Assembly: GCF_009914755.1 (NCBI RefSeq)
Contig: NC_060939.1
Direction: 5' to 3' (one strand)
DNA length: 64,000 nucleotides
Origin: the human T2T-CHM13v2.0 reference genome, Homo sapiens
Part shown: positions 52,193 to 64,000 of the stretch, one piece after another
How positions within the stretch are numbered: position 1 is the first letter of the stretch
How the letters are laid out: every line of letters begins with the position of its first letter
Position numbers and translations under genes: made by a program
The notes under the pieces: model-generated
Database searches by the model: none
What the model was told of the DNA's origin: nothing
What the model saw: the letters and a program-made list of their open reading frames with translations, nothing else

Positions 52193-54143
52193 TATGAATT
52201 GGGAAGTTTTTCCTTTTCTAGTTTCCAGAAGAGATTGTTTTGAGTCTGTGTTAATTCTTTTTTAATGTTTGATGGAATTATCCAGTGAGTTCATTTGGAT
52301 CTGGTAATTTCTTTTTTTTTTTGGGATTCTTTGAATTATGAATTCAGTTTTCTTGATAGTGGTAGAGCTATTCAAATGATCTATTTTATATTTGGTGAGT
52401 TGTGGTAATTTGCATTATTTGAGGAATAAGTCTATTTTGCCCAAGTTGTCAAAGTTATGTGTGTAGAGTTGTTCCTAGTAATTCCTAATTATCTTTTTTC
52501 ATATCTTTAGAGCTTGTTTCATCACTAATGTTGGGTAATTTATGTCTTTTTTTTTTTTTTGTCAGTCTTGCTTAGAGAGGTGTGTCAGTTTTATTGATCT
52601 TTTCAAAGAACCAGCTTTTTGCTTTACTGTTTATTGTTTTTCTGTTTTCACTTTGTTTCTACTCTTACCTTAATTATTTCTTCCTTTCTGCTTACTTTTG
52701 GGTTGATTTTGCTATTTTTAATTTTCGTTTAGGTTGTCAACGTGGGCACTTATATTATTGATTTGTTTCCAAGTTTCTAATGTACCATTCATTTAGTGCT
52801 GTAAATTTGTCTCTCGTCACCCACTGTAGCTCTTTCCCATACATTTTGATGTATTGTACTTGCATTTTCTCTCAGTTCACAATATATTTTAAAATTTCCC
52901 TTGAGACTTTCTCTTTGATCCATGGGTTATGTAGAAGTTTATTGTTTAGTTTCTGAGAGTTAGGCAATTTTCCTGTAATTGTTCTCTTGTTGACTTCAGA
53001 TTTGTTCCCATTGTTTGAGGGAACATATGCTGTGTGATTTTAATTTCAAAAAATTTGTTAGGTTTGTTTTATGCCTCAGGATATGTTCTAACTTAGTATT
53101 TGTTTTGTGGATACTTGAAAAGATTATGTATTCTGTTATTATTGGCTGGAGTGTTCTATAAATTTTGATTGGCTCTAGTTGATGGATGGTGATGTTGCGT
53201 TCTATATCCTGGCAGCTTTTCTGTCTCCTAATTTTATCAGCTGTAGAGAGAGATTTTGAGGTCTCCAACTATAAAAGTATAAATGTCTTTTTCTCCTTTC
53301 GGTTCTATTCATTGTTTTTTTGTTTGTTTGGTGTCTGCACGTTTCGAATTGCTGTGTCTTAATGGTGGATTGACCAAGTTCTCATTTTGTAATGTTGCCG
53401 TTGGTTCCTGGTAATTATCTTTTTTTTTTTTTTGAGACGGAGTTTCGCTCCTTTTGCCCAGGCAGGAGTGAAGTGGCATGATCTCAGCTCACTGCAACTT
53501 CCGACCCTACCAGGTTCAAGTGATTCTCCTGCCTCAGCCTCCTGAGAAGCTGGGATTATAGGCTTCTGCCATCACACCCAGCTAATTTTTGTATTTTTAG
53601 TAGAGATGGGGTTTTGCCATATTGGCCAGGCTGGTCTCAAACTCCTGAGATCCACCCACCTTGGCCTCCCAAAGTGCTAGGAGTACAGGCGTGAGCCACT
53701 GTGCCCGGCCCTCCTGGTAATTATCTTTGTTCTGAAGTTTACTTTATTTGTTATAAATATAGCCAACTCCTGCTGTCCTTTCAGTAATGTTTGCATGATC
53801 TTTTTTTTTCTATACTTCTATTTTCAGTTTGCCTGTTTGAAGTCACTTTCTTATGGACAACATATAGTTGGATCATGTTCTCTAGTCTACTCTCCTAGTG
53901 TCTTTTAATTGATGTATTTAGATTGTTTACATTTAATTTAATGTCATTGATAAATTGAGGCTTAACACTGCCATTTTGTTTTGCATTTTCTATTTCTTCT
54001 GTTTTTCATTTTTTCGGTTTGGTTCTTCCTGGCTCTCTGTGGTTTACTTGACCATTTTTAGCATTCTATTTCATCTGTAGTGTTTTAGAGTGTATCTTTT
54101 TGTATAGCTTTTTTAGTGGCTTTTCTAGGTAATATATTGCATA

Positions 54144-54479
54144 CAGATTGAGCATCTGTAAACCCAAAATCCAAAATCTGAAATGCCCCAAAATTCGAAA
54201 CTTTATGGCACTCCAGCATGACGCCCCCAAATTGAAAATTCCATTCATAAGTACTTAGCATGAACTTTGTTTCATGCACAAAATTACTAAGCATGCTATA
54301 TAAAATTACCTTCAGGCTCTGTGTATAAGTTATATATAAAACATAAATGAATGTATTTAGACTTGGGTCCTATCCCCAAAATATCTCATTATTTATATGC
54401 AGATATTCCTAAATCTGATAAAAATCTGAAATTTGGAACACTTGTGCTCCTGAGCATTTTATAAGGGACACTCAGCCTG
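54144..54479. mobile_element. Tigger4/MER46-type TcMar DNA transposon
   Basis: Terminal inverted repeats ta|CAGATTGAGCATC ... GGGACACTCAGCCTG|t; internal aaatctgaaatgccccaaaattcgaaacttt. Confidence 0.75.
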
Positions 54480-55335
54480 TGTATGTATGAACACTTATCA
54501 GATTTTACCTGATGTTGTCATTTACCAGCTTCAGGGATATAGAAACTACCTCCCTTGATGTTCCTTTATGTTCTTCTGTTCATAATATACTTGCCTTAAA
54601 TATTTCATTTACTTACATTGATAACCACATATGACAATGTTATAATTTTTGGTTGAACCTTCAGACGTAATTTAGCAAAGTCAAGAGGTGAGGGAAAAGT
54701 CTATTGTATTTATGCGTTGGTGTGCTTGTCATCTCCTCCTTCCAGAAGTTCCAGGGTTTTCTTCTTTGATGGTTGCCATTCTGCTTAGAGAACTTCCATT
54801 AGCCTTTCTTTTGGTGTGGGTCTTCTGGTGACAAATTCTGTTTCACTTCCTCTGAGAATGTTTTGCTTTCCTTTTCATTCCTGAAGGACATTTTTGCTGG
54901 ATATAAGAATTCTGGGTTAATGGTTCTTTTCATCGCTTGAAAAATATTTTGTACTTTCAGCTGGGCTCCATGGTTTCTGATGAGAAATTCGCTGTCATTT
55001 GACTTGTTAATCCACGATAGTTAAGGCACTGTTTTTGTTTAGTGGCTTTTGAAATGTTTTGTCTTTTGTTTTTTGGAGTTTGATTATTATATGTCTTAGT
55101 TTGGATTTCTTTGGGTTCATCCTGTTTAGGGTTTGCTTACGTTAGATCTGTAGATTTATGTCTCTTGCCAAATTTGGGAACTTGTAAGCCATCACTTCAT
55201 GGAGTACAGTTTCAGCCCCACCTTCTTTCTCCTGTCCCTTCGTGAGTTCAGTGACCGGAGTTGTTATAGTCCCATAGGTCCCCGAGACTGTTTTTTTGTT
55301 TGTTTGTTTGTTTTGCGGGTACATTGCTTTCTTTC

Positions 55336-55402
55336 TCCCTTCCCGTCCTGTCCTATCCCATCCCGTCCTGTCCTATCCCGTCCCATCCCGTCCCTTCCCG
55401 TC
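55336..55402. repeat. Imperfect pentanucleotide repeat (TCCCG/TCCTG/TCCCA) in the tail position of an antisense Alu (55405-55679)
   Basis: Directly visible. Confidence 0.8.
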
Positions 55403-56183
55403 TTCGGAGTCTCTGCCTGTTTCCCAGGCTGGAGTGCAGTGCACGTTCTCGGCTCACTGCAACTGCCGCCTCCCTAGTTCGAATGATTCTCCTGTCTGAG
55501 CCTCTCGAGTAGCTGGGATTATAGGTACCCGCCACCATGCCCAGCTCAGTTTTATATTTTTAATAGAGATGAGGTTTCACCATGTTGGCCAGGGTGGTCT
55601 CAAAGTCCTAACCTTGTGATCTGCCTGCCTCGGCCTCCCAAAGTGCTGGGATTACAGGTGTGAGCCACCATGCCCAGCCTATTATTTGGCAGTCTTTAAA
55701 CTAATGATAATAGGGGTCTTCTGCCTTTAGAAGAATTAGAACTGTGATTTAATTTGCAAATGAAAGTAGGTGTTCTCCAGAGTGGGCAACATTTAGATTA
55801 AAATAAAGGTTTTGGTTTTAGATTTCAAGGCCAGCTTGAGATGCTGTGCTGGGTTCCCACAGAGGTGGTTCTGCCTTTCTCCAGGGGTCCTAGGCTTGTA
55901 GAGTGGTTTGGTCATGTTAGTAATCTGTGTGGATTCAACTTACCTATGGTATCATAAATGTATACATGCACAGTCAATGTTGTGTACATGTATACAGCAG
56001 ATTTAGAGATTTATACAGTTTATATGCTGCATAAATATATAGACGTATAGTATAACTGTATCATCAACATTGTCATTTGATGGGTCAAATGAGTCAATAC
56101 CAAAATATAAAGCTTGGGTAAAAAACTGTGTTACTTTAGTTTTTCCCACCATTTCTGAATTTTTGTTTACTTTTCCTTTCTAG

Positions 56184-56359
56184 CTTTTGTCTGGTCCTCT
56201 GAGCCCCAGTGAGAGTTTCCTGAGGTACCTCACCCTTCCACAAGACAACAGGCTTGCCATTGATCTGCAACAAACGGCGGTTGTTGTCATGGCCCATTTA
56301 GACCGTCTGGCTACACCCTGTAGATGCCTCCTCTGTGTAGCTCTCCGACGTCTCATAAG
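56184..56359 (+). pseudogene. HERC2: HERC2-like exon 10 ([46 protein letters not shown][14 protein letters not shown])
   Basis: tttctag| acceptor and |gtgtgt donor; 176 nt versus 174 nt expected, with an extra AG at ~56322-56323. Confidence 0.94.
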
Positions 56360-57349
56360 GTGTGTGCAAGAACCGTGTTCTCCATGTGTTTTGTAGCTAG
56401 TACCACTTGTAGGTTCTCATCCTGGGCCCGTGTGGAGACTTGTTTTTTCTGGTATTGGTAGGGGGAGCTGGCCTGTGGTTTTTAAACGTGTTTGCAGTTG
56501 AAGGTGTTATCCGTGTTGAGAGTGAGTGATGAGCAAGCTGAGGCGCACAGGCCTGGCGACCCAACCTGGGGGCCCGGGTTCCAGGTTCAGGTGGCACAGC
56601 CCCAGAGAGCTCCCCTTTATCCACAGCCCCAGGCCCTCCCACCTTCTGCAGGGGGTTCCACAGCCTTCTTCATACTCTGAACGCAGGCTGTCTTAGTATG
56701 TCATGCTGGTTATAGTAGTGACAGTATAATTATGTATTATATCTCTTATGTAATAGTAATGGTAGTGATTTGCATGTGTGGAGCACCTGTAGGGTGCAGG
56801 CCCGCTGAGGACCTCATGCACGCTGTTGTATCTCATTATGTCAATGAGAAAACTGCCTTTGGGAATGGTAGTGAACTTTGCCAGTGCAGAACAGTAATCC
56901 TAGTTTTGAATCCAGATTTTTCTAACATTTTATTTCTAGTATAAAGAGTATTTATTTTGTTTTACAGTCATTAAAAAAAAAAAATACAGTCACATGGTTC
57001 AAAAATCAAACCTAGGCAGAGACACACTGTCGCTTCCCCTGCCCACCCCTTCCACCCATTTTCCCACCTGCTCCCTCTGACTTTCCAGTCTCCTCTGTAA
57101 CCTCCTTGTTCTCTGGCATGAGTACGTTCGTGGTAGCATGCTTCATTACTTGTGTTGCTTGTTTTTTGTTTTTTTTTTTAACTAACCATATATACTGGAG
57201 TACCTTATCAGAGTGTCCCTCTTTGTTTTTATAAATCAGCTTAGTCTTCAGTGTGTGGATGTGTCTTTTATCTATCTTTCTTTAGTGAGTCTCTTATTGG
57301 TGGACACTTGGGCTTATTGCCACAATGTTGCTATACAAATAGTGCTGAG

Positions 57350-57652
<303 letters not shown>

Positions 57653-59553
57653 CACAAATAGTACTGCAAGGCCTGGCCTGGAACACGTGTCCTCCATGTG
57701 TGCACGCGTGTGTGCCTGTGCACATGCACAGGTGGGGATGGACCTCGTGTGGGCTGGTTGTCACCAGATTGCTCCTGTACATCTTGATTTCTCTCACCAC
57801 CAATAGGGATGCTGGTCTCCCAGCCTTGTGTGTGGGCTTTTGGGATTTTGCCTGCTAAAGCACAAAGTGGTGACCCCGATATAGTTTGAGCATTTTAAAA
57901 TATATTAGTATTTAAGGGCCATTTATACTACTTTTTAATGGGCTCTGTTGAAATGCAATGGAAATGGAAAAATAGCCTGTTCAGTTGCTTCATCATACCT
58001 GTTAAATGCAGTAATATGGCATGGTACGAGATGGGGTTTCACTGTGTTAGCCAGGATGGTCTCGATCTCCTGACTTCATGATCTGCCCGCCTCGGCCTCC
58101 CAAAGTGCTGGGATTATAGGCATGAGCCACCGCGCCCGGCTGATTGGATTATTTTAAAGCATAACTCTGTCTTTAAAACATTTTAAGGTATTTTACCTCT
58201 TAATGATAAGGATTTTAAAAAAACCCTACAATATCATTATCCTGTCTATAAGATTAACAGTGATTCCTTAATCTAACATGCAGTCCATGTTACATTTTCC
58301 TGGACTATCTCAAAAATGCCTTTTTTAGGTGGTAATTTTGAATTAAGACCTGAGCATGTTCTGCGTATTGGCATTGCTTGACATATGCTTCTAGTCTCTT
58401 TCCCCAAACAACATGGCTCCAGGCCCTCTTCTCCCTGTCTCTGATCATACCGTTTTCTTTTTCAAAGAAGCAGGTTGGTTATTTTGGAGAACTTCACATT
58501 TTCTGAACTTGGTTGATTGCATTCTCTTATTCTAGACCAACATGTTCTTCTGTTAGTTACATTAATCTGCTGGTTAGATCTAGAGGTTTGGTTGGATTTG
58601 AATTCAGTCTCGTTGGGGCGGTGTTATGTCTGGGGTCATGCTGCATGCTTTCTGTTGGCTCAGGAGGCCTGTAATGCTCGGTGGCTCCCCGCTTTAGTTC
58701 TGTGAAGCTAGACCAGGGAATTCATGTGTTGCGTATCCTCTATAAAATCCCCTACCAACCTTGCCCTCTGCTGTCTGGTTAGCAGGAGGTACAATTTGTA
58801 CAGCAAGGACATAATCTAAGCTTGACTTCTTGAACTGCCACCTCCCTTTAACTATTTTTCATAATATTGAGTTGGTATCCTAGCACTTGCATAGGTGACC
58901 ACCACTCAGGTTTTCTTTTTTTTGAGTATTTTTATGAACTAACAGACTTTTATTGATTTGGTGTTTCTTTTCTTTTTTAGCTTTTTCCCCCTTTAATGTG
59001 TAAATATATACATTTAAAGGCATAAATGCCCTCAAGCATGCATTTAGTTGTATGTCACCAATTTCGATCTGCAGTATTTTGATTATTAACTGAACACATT
59101 TTCTAATTTTCATAGTCATTTTTTCTTAGAATTTTGGGTTACTTATAAGTGTATCTTGTAATTTTCAAATATGTGGATGAATATTTTTATTTTCTGTGTA
59201 TACAGAGTCATTTTTATTTTATTTTGAATGAATTTTTGAAAACCTATTTGTAATTTAACTGCATTGTAGTCAGCACACATGCTCTGTAAGTTTATTTCTT
59301 TGAAATCTGTTGAGATTTACTCTATGGCCTGGCATGGCCCGATTTGGTATTCATGCTGCCTAGACTTTTTTTTAAAGCATTCTATATTTAACAGAATTTG
59401 TATGTGTGGTATTAGTTTCAGAGCTAGGTATGTATTTCTCCCATTGTGATTGTGGATTTGTTTATTTCTGCTTGTAGTTCTTTCACACAGTTTGTTCTTT
59501 TCATTTTACCTGTTGATTGATCAATGGACTGATTCTGGTTTCTGTATATACAG

Positions 59554-59724
59554 AGTCATTTTTTACAGGTCAGAACTGTAGAAATAATGAGAAAGTGACA
59601 TTTGTACGCATAGCTGATTTGGAGAACCATAATAACGATGGAGGCTTCTGGACTGTGATTGACGGGAAAGTGTATGATATAAAGGACTTCCAGACACAGT
59701 CGTTAACAGAAAATAGTATTCTTG
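59554..59724 (+). pseudogene. HERC2: HERC2-like exon 24 (start of the cytochrome-b5-like domain: SFFTGQNCRNNEKVTFVRIADLENHNNDGGFWTVIDGKVYDIKDFQTQSLTENSIL)
   Basis: tatacag| acceptor and |gtaaga donor; 171 nt; open frame. Confidence 0.95.
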
Positions 59725-60108
59725 GTAAGATTACACTTGTTATTTCCTGGTTAAAAGTTACAGCCTGTATCATTTTAAGCAGAGTATTTGGCTTATAAAT
59801 GATTCCTTTAGTTTTGTGCCAGCCCCCGCATATTTTAATGTATCTGTGGCTTTGGTGTCTGTCTTATCAACAAATTCAGCACATTCGAAGAATTTCCTTT
59901 CATTATGTATCTTTTGTTTTAATACTTGGAACTCATTTCAAGTTCCGAGTTGGCCCAGGCAACCCTGGGAGACAGTGGGAGGTCATTATATTCTGGTAAC
60001 CCTCACTTTTGAGTTAAGAGCCTAACTTATTTCCTACTCACTATTTCTCCTGTAGCTCTTCAGGCAAGCTGAATTGAACTCATGTTGCTTTTTCCCTTTT
60101 TGTTTCAG

Positions 60109-60212
60109 CTCAGTTTGCAGGGGAAGACCCAGTGGTAGCTTTGGAAGCTGCTTTGCAGTTTGAAGACACCCGGGAATCCATGCACGCATTTTGTGTTGGC
60201 CAGTATTTGGAG
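60109..60212 (+). pseudogene. HERC2: HERC2-like exon 25 (AQFAGEDPVVALEAALQFEDTRESMHAFCVGQYLE)
   Basis: tgtttcag| acceptor and |gtgagg donor; 104 nt; open frame. Confidence 0.95.
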
Positions 60213-61212
60213 GTGAGGCTGTATGCCTTGAGTGATGCAGAGGATGGCAGGGGATACCCTCTGTGTGTTTGTGATAGGAATATTTGGATCTAGAAGTACT
60301 GATATCTGGGTCTTTTGCGGGGCATTAGGGATAAATATAAAGATCCTTTAGAAGTTTTGTCATAAATGAATTTACATTTATTCATGTTAAGATCTGTGAT
60401 GTACTGGTCTTGAAAGATTGTTTTTTAAATGATCAATTTGTGAGAAATATAGGCAGTGTTCCACAAGAAAAGAGGTTAAACTTTGGTCTTATGTAGAAAT
60501 TTGGAATGGCTTATAATCTTGAGGTATGTATTTTTTGGGAAGAACTATGTAGAAGTGTAATTCTTTACAATAGAAATATGTCCTTCCTATGTATTCACGA
60601 ACACATAGAATTTATATATTGGGATTAGCTTACTAGGTATCGACAAGTAATAAGATGTATTAAATGCCATTAGGGCAGGGCTTAAAACAGTTTATGAAGG
60701 GGAGAATTAACTTTGCTGTAAATATCTTCTGTGACTGAAAAAGTTGAACTCTTGCTTTTTTCAGAGTTTGATTTTTGTTAGAATAAATTTCATTTCCTCT
60801 ACATGTGTGGTCACAGTCCACTAATACTTGTCATCGAATACTTGTCATAGTTTTGTTGCCCAGTGGGTTCTTTATGCATGTAACAATTCATTATACTTTC
60901 TGAAGCATGGTGTACAGTCACTTTGGAAACTGATTCCTAAGGAATATTCTAGCCAAATCATGTATCTGTGGTTTAGTTTTTCTACAGTAGGGCTGTGCGG
61001 TTGCTGCCTGCTTTATAGGGCATGTGGGTTTATATGGTATCTGCTGTTACTTGGGCACAGCAGCACCAACTCATTACAGGATGGAGGGGCAGAACGCCCA
61101 GAGCACCCCTGGGCTCACGTGCGGTACAGCTGCAGGAGAGAGCTGTCCTTTTGGTTTTATGTTTTTAATTAATTCTGTTTCCTCAGATTGATGATTAAAT
61201 TTATTTTTCCAG

Positions 61213-61363
61213 CCTGACCAAGAAGGCGTCACCATACCAGATCTGGGGAGTCTCTCCTCACCTCTGATAGACACAGAGAGGAATCTGGGCCTGCTTCTCG
61301 GATTACACGCTTCCTATTTAGCAATGAGCACACCGCTGTCTCCTGTCGAGATTGAATGTGCCA
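61213..61363 (+). pseudogene. HERC2: HERC2-like exon 26 (PDQEGVTIPDLGSLSSPLIDTERNLGLLLGLHASYLAMSTPLSPVEIECA)
   Basis: tttttccag| acceptor and |gtaaga donor; 151 nt; open frame. Confidence 0.95.
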
Positions 61364-61440
61364 GTAAGAAAATCTTTACTTTTTGCTAATCAGCAGATTT
61401 TTTTTTTTTTGAACTGTAAGTGCCATTAAGAGTGGGAGAG

Positions 61441-62096
<656 letters not shown>

Positions 62097-62502
62097 TCAG
62101 GTAGAAACAGCTGTGAGTGGTTGTCATTTGCCCTCATGGTCTGTTGCTGCAGAGGAAGCTAAAAAGTGTGCAGGAATGTCTACCCGTCTGCCCTTGGTGG
62201 TCTCACGTATTGCAGCCTCTGCCTGATGGGCCCAGCATGGCTTTTGTCTCCCTGCATGCCCAGAAATTGCACAGAATGTGGATCAGCTGTCCTCTCAGGG
62301 AAGAGCATACTATTTGAGCACTGCGTTTTTACCAGACCAGGCTCAAGTCAGTTATATTTCAGGATGGCAGCCTTTGTAACCACCTAAAATAATAAGCTTC
62401 TTTCTGTCTCCTAAGATGTGTTTCCATTTTCCTTCATGTAGTTGTGCATTTCCCATCTGTCTGTCTGTCCATCCATGTGAGCAGCTTCTGTTGAGCATTT
62501 GC

Positions 62503-62626
62503 CTGGTGCCGTTACCATACGAGGTGTTCAGGATACAGTGATAGATAGGACACACCTCTGCTTTCTGGTGCCGTTACCATGCGAGGTGTTCAGGATGCAG
62601 TGATGGGTAGGACACGCCTCTGCTTT
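62503..62626. repeat. 62-bp tandem duplication
   Basis: ctggtgccgttaccat...aggacac(a/g)cctctgcttt at 62503 and 62565. Confidence 0.9.
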
Positions 62627-64000
62627 CAGCTGCTGCTTGTTGATGAGCCACCATTCTAAGCAGGTCACATTACAAGGTGGTGAATGGTGAAATGGAGATG
62701 TTCATACATGGTTCTGGGAGAAGAAAGGCTTCACATTGGCAGCAGTCCTGAAATTGCGTGAGAGAGCATTCTGGGCAGAAAACACAGGAGTGTCAAGGGC
62801 ACTGCTGAGAGGAGCAGGGCTTTCCTGCTGCTTGCAGGAGTGGGTGTGGCAGAGGCTTGCAGGGAAGGAGGATCTTGGTGTCCATACAGCCCCCCGTTGG
62901 GCGGACCTTTGTGCAGTGCTAGGTGCTGGGCTGCCTGTGGTGCCCTCTGAGGTGTCTGCTTCCTTCCCTCCTCCTCAAGGCTCATTGCTTGCCAGAAGAT
63001 GGGCTTTGTTTAAATTGGCAAGGAGGGCAGGGCTGGCGAGCTCCAGGGCAGAGGGTGCCATGGGCCCTGGCAGGTGGGTCCGATCCACAGGAGGATCAGA
63101 GGCTTATCTTGGAGCAGTAAGGAGGGGCTGTCCTGTGCTTAAAGAGAGGGGGCCAGAGAGAGTCGGCATTGGATTAGTGTTTCAGAAGAACGAATGTGGT
63201 GTGTTGGGGAATGCTCCTGAGTGCTCTAAAATCTAAATGTCCAGTAAAAGAACACTAAGTGCATCCCGCTTTGATTGCTTGGATTTGGAGCAGTATTTGA
63301 TAACACAGATCGTTAATAGAGATCTGTAGTGGTGCACTCCCTCAAGTTGCCATAAGCAGTTGTAATTAACATTCGCACTGGTTGATCCCATGCCTTGCAC
63401 CACGCACAGGTCTCCTTTCCAGTCCATCGGCCCTCCCATCTCCAAGGATCTATCCTTCATTACAGATTGTGTGTTTCTTAAATATTTTCTCCTTTTCATT
63501 CCTTTATAAGTGCTCTAGGAATACATAGCCTACCCTGAGGATGTAATTCTTTGTAGAAACCCTTCAGATGTGCTATTCCCTGCCTGGATACTCAGCGTCT
63601 GGGTCTTATTCCTCATCTTAGCTCAGTTGTTGCTTCCACAAGTCCCTCACTGACCCTCAGAATAGCGGTGGTCTGTCTTCCAGTCTCCCTGGTACCCCCA
63701 TAGTCATCTGTTGCACAGTTTCGGACTTGAAATCCTGTGATTAATTGTGTCAGCGGTGCCCTTTGCTGCCTTCCCTGTTAGAATGTGCACCTCAGTCTTC
63801 ACACGGTACCTGTGGAACCAGGCAGCTGCAGGCAGAGCACAGGTATCCAGAGAATGTTGGACTGGAACTACGATCCTGAGTTCTGATGCCATGCCTGAGG
63901 CATGTGGAATCACCAGAAAGTGTGTTCACGTAGATAGAGGAATTATAAGTCAACCTGTGTAAACATGTTAGGTGGAGCTCTTTCATATGAATGATGCTGA

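Noticed and set aside
62736-63236. 166-aa ORF downstream of exon 26
   Set aside because: Non-ATG start, no HERC2 or other recognisable homology; probably intronic or old L2-like sequence.

Overview
Human (primate) genomic DNA, very rich in Alu and L1 repeats. It belongs to a HERC2 segmental-duplication (duplicon) locus of the 15q11-q13 type; I cannot tell which HERC2P paralog from the sequence alone. On the + strand, a CpG-island promoter (~16.55-17.3 kb) precedes an unprocessed HERC2 pseudogene with exons 1, 2, 3, 4, 10, 24, 25 and 26. Exons 5-9 and 11-23 are missing from that unit; exon 3 has a nonsense codon (E57*) and exon 10 a +2 frameshift. On the - strand, about 10 kb upstream and head-to-head with the promoter, is an inverted cassette of HERC2 exons 17-20. 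The introns contain an antisense SMIM30 retrocopy that still has an open frame, a tailless tRNA-Phe 5' half, a 3'-truncated U2 copy, a nested L1MA, LTR and DNA-transposon fossils, and about 60 Alus. HERC2 exon numbers and protein comparisons come from my recall of human HERC2; the exon lengths and splice phases counted here are consistent with that recall. I found no intact conventional gene and no prokaryote-type system. The leads below are testable hypotheses, not an established new system.
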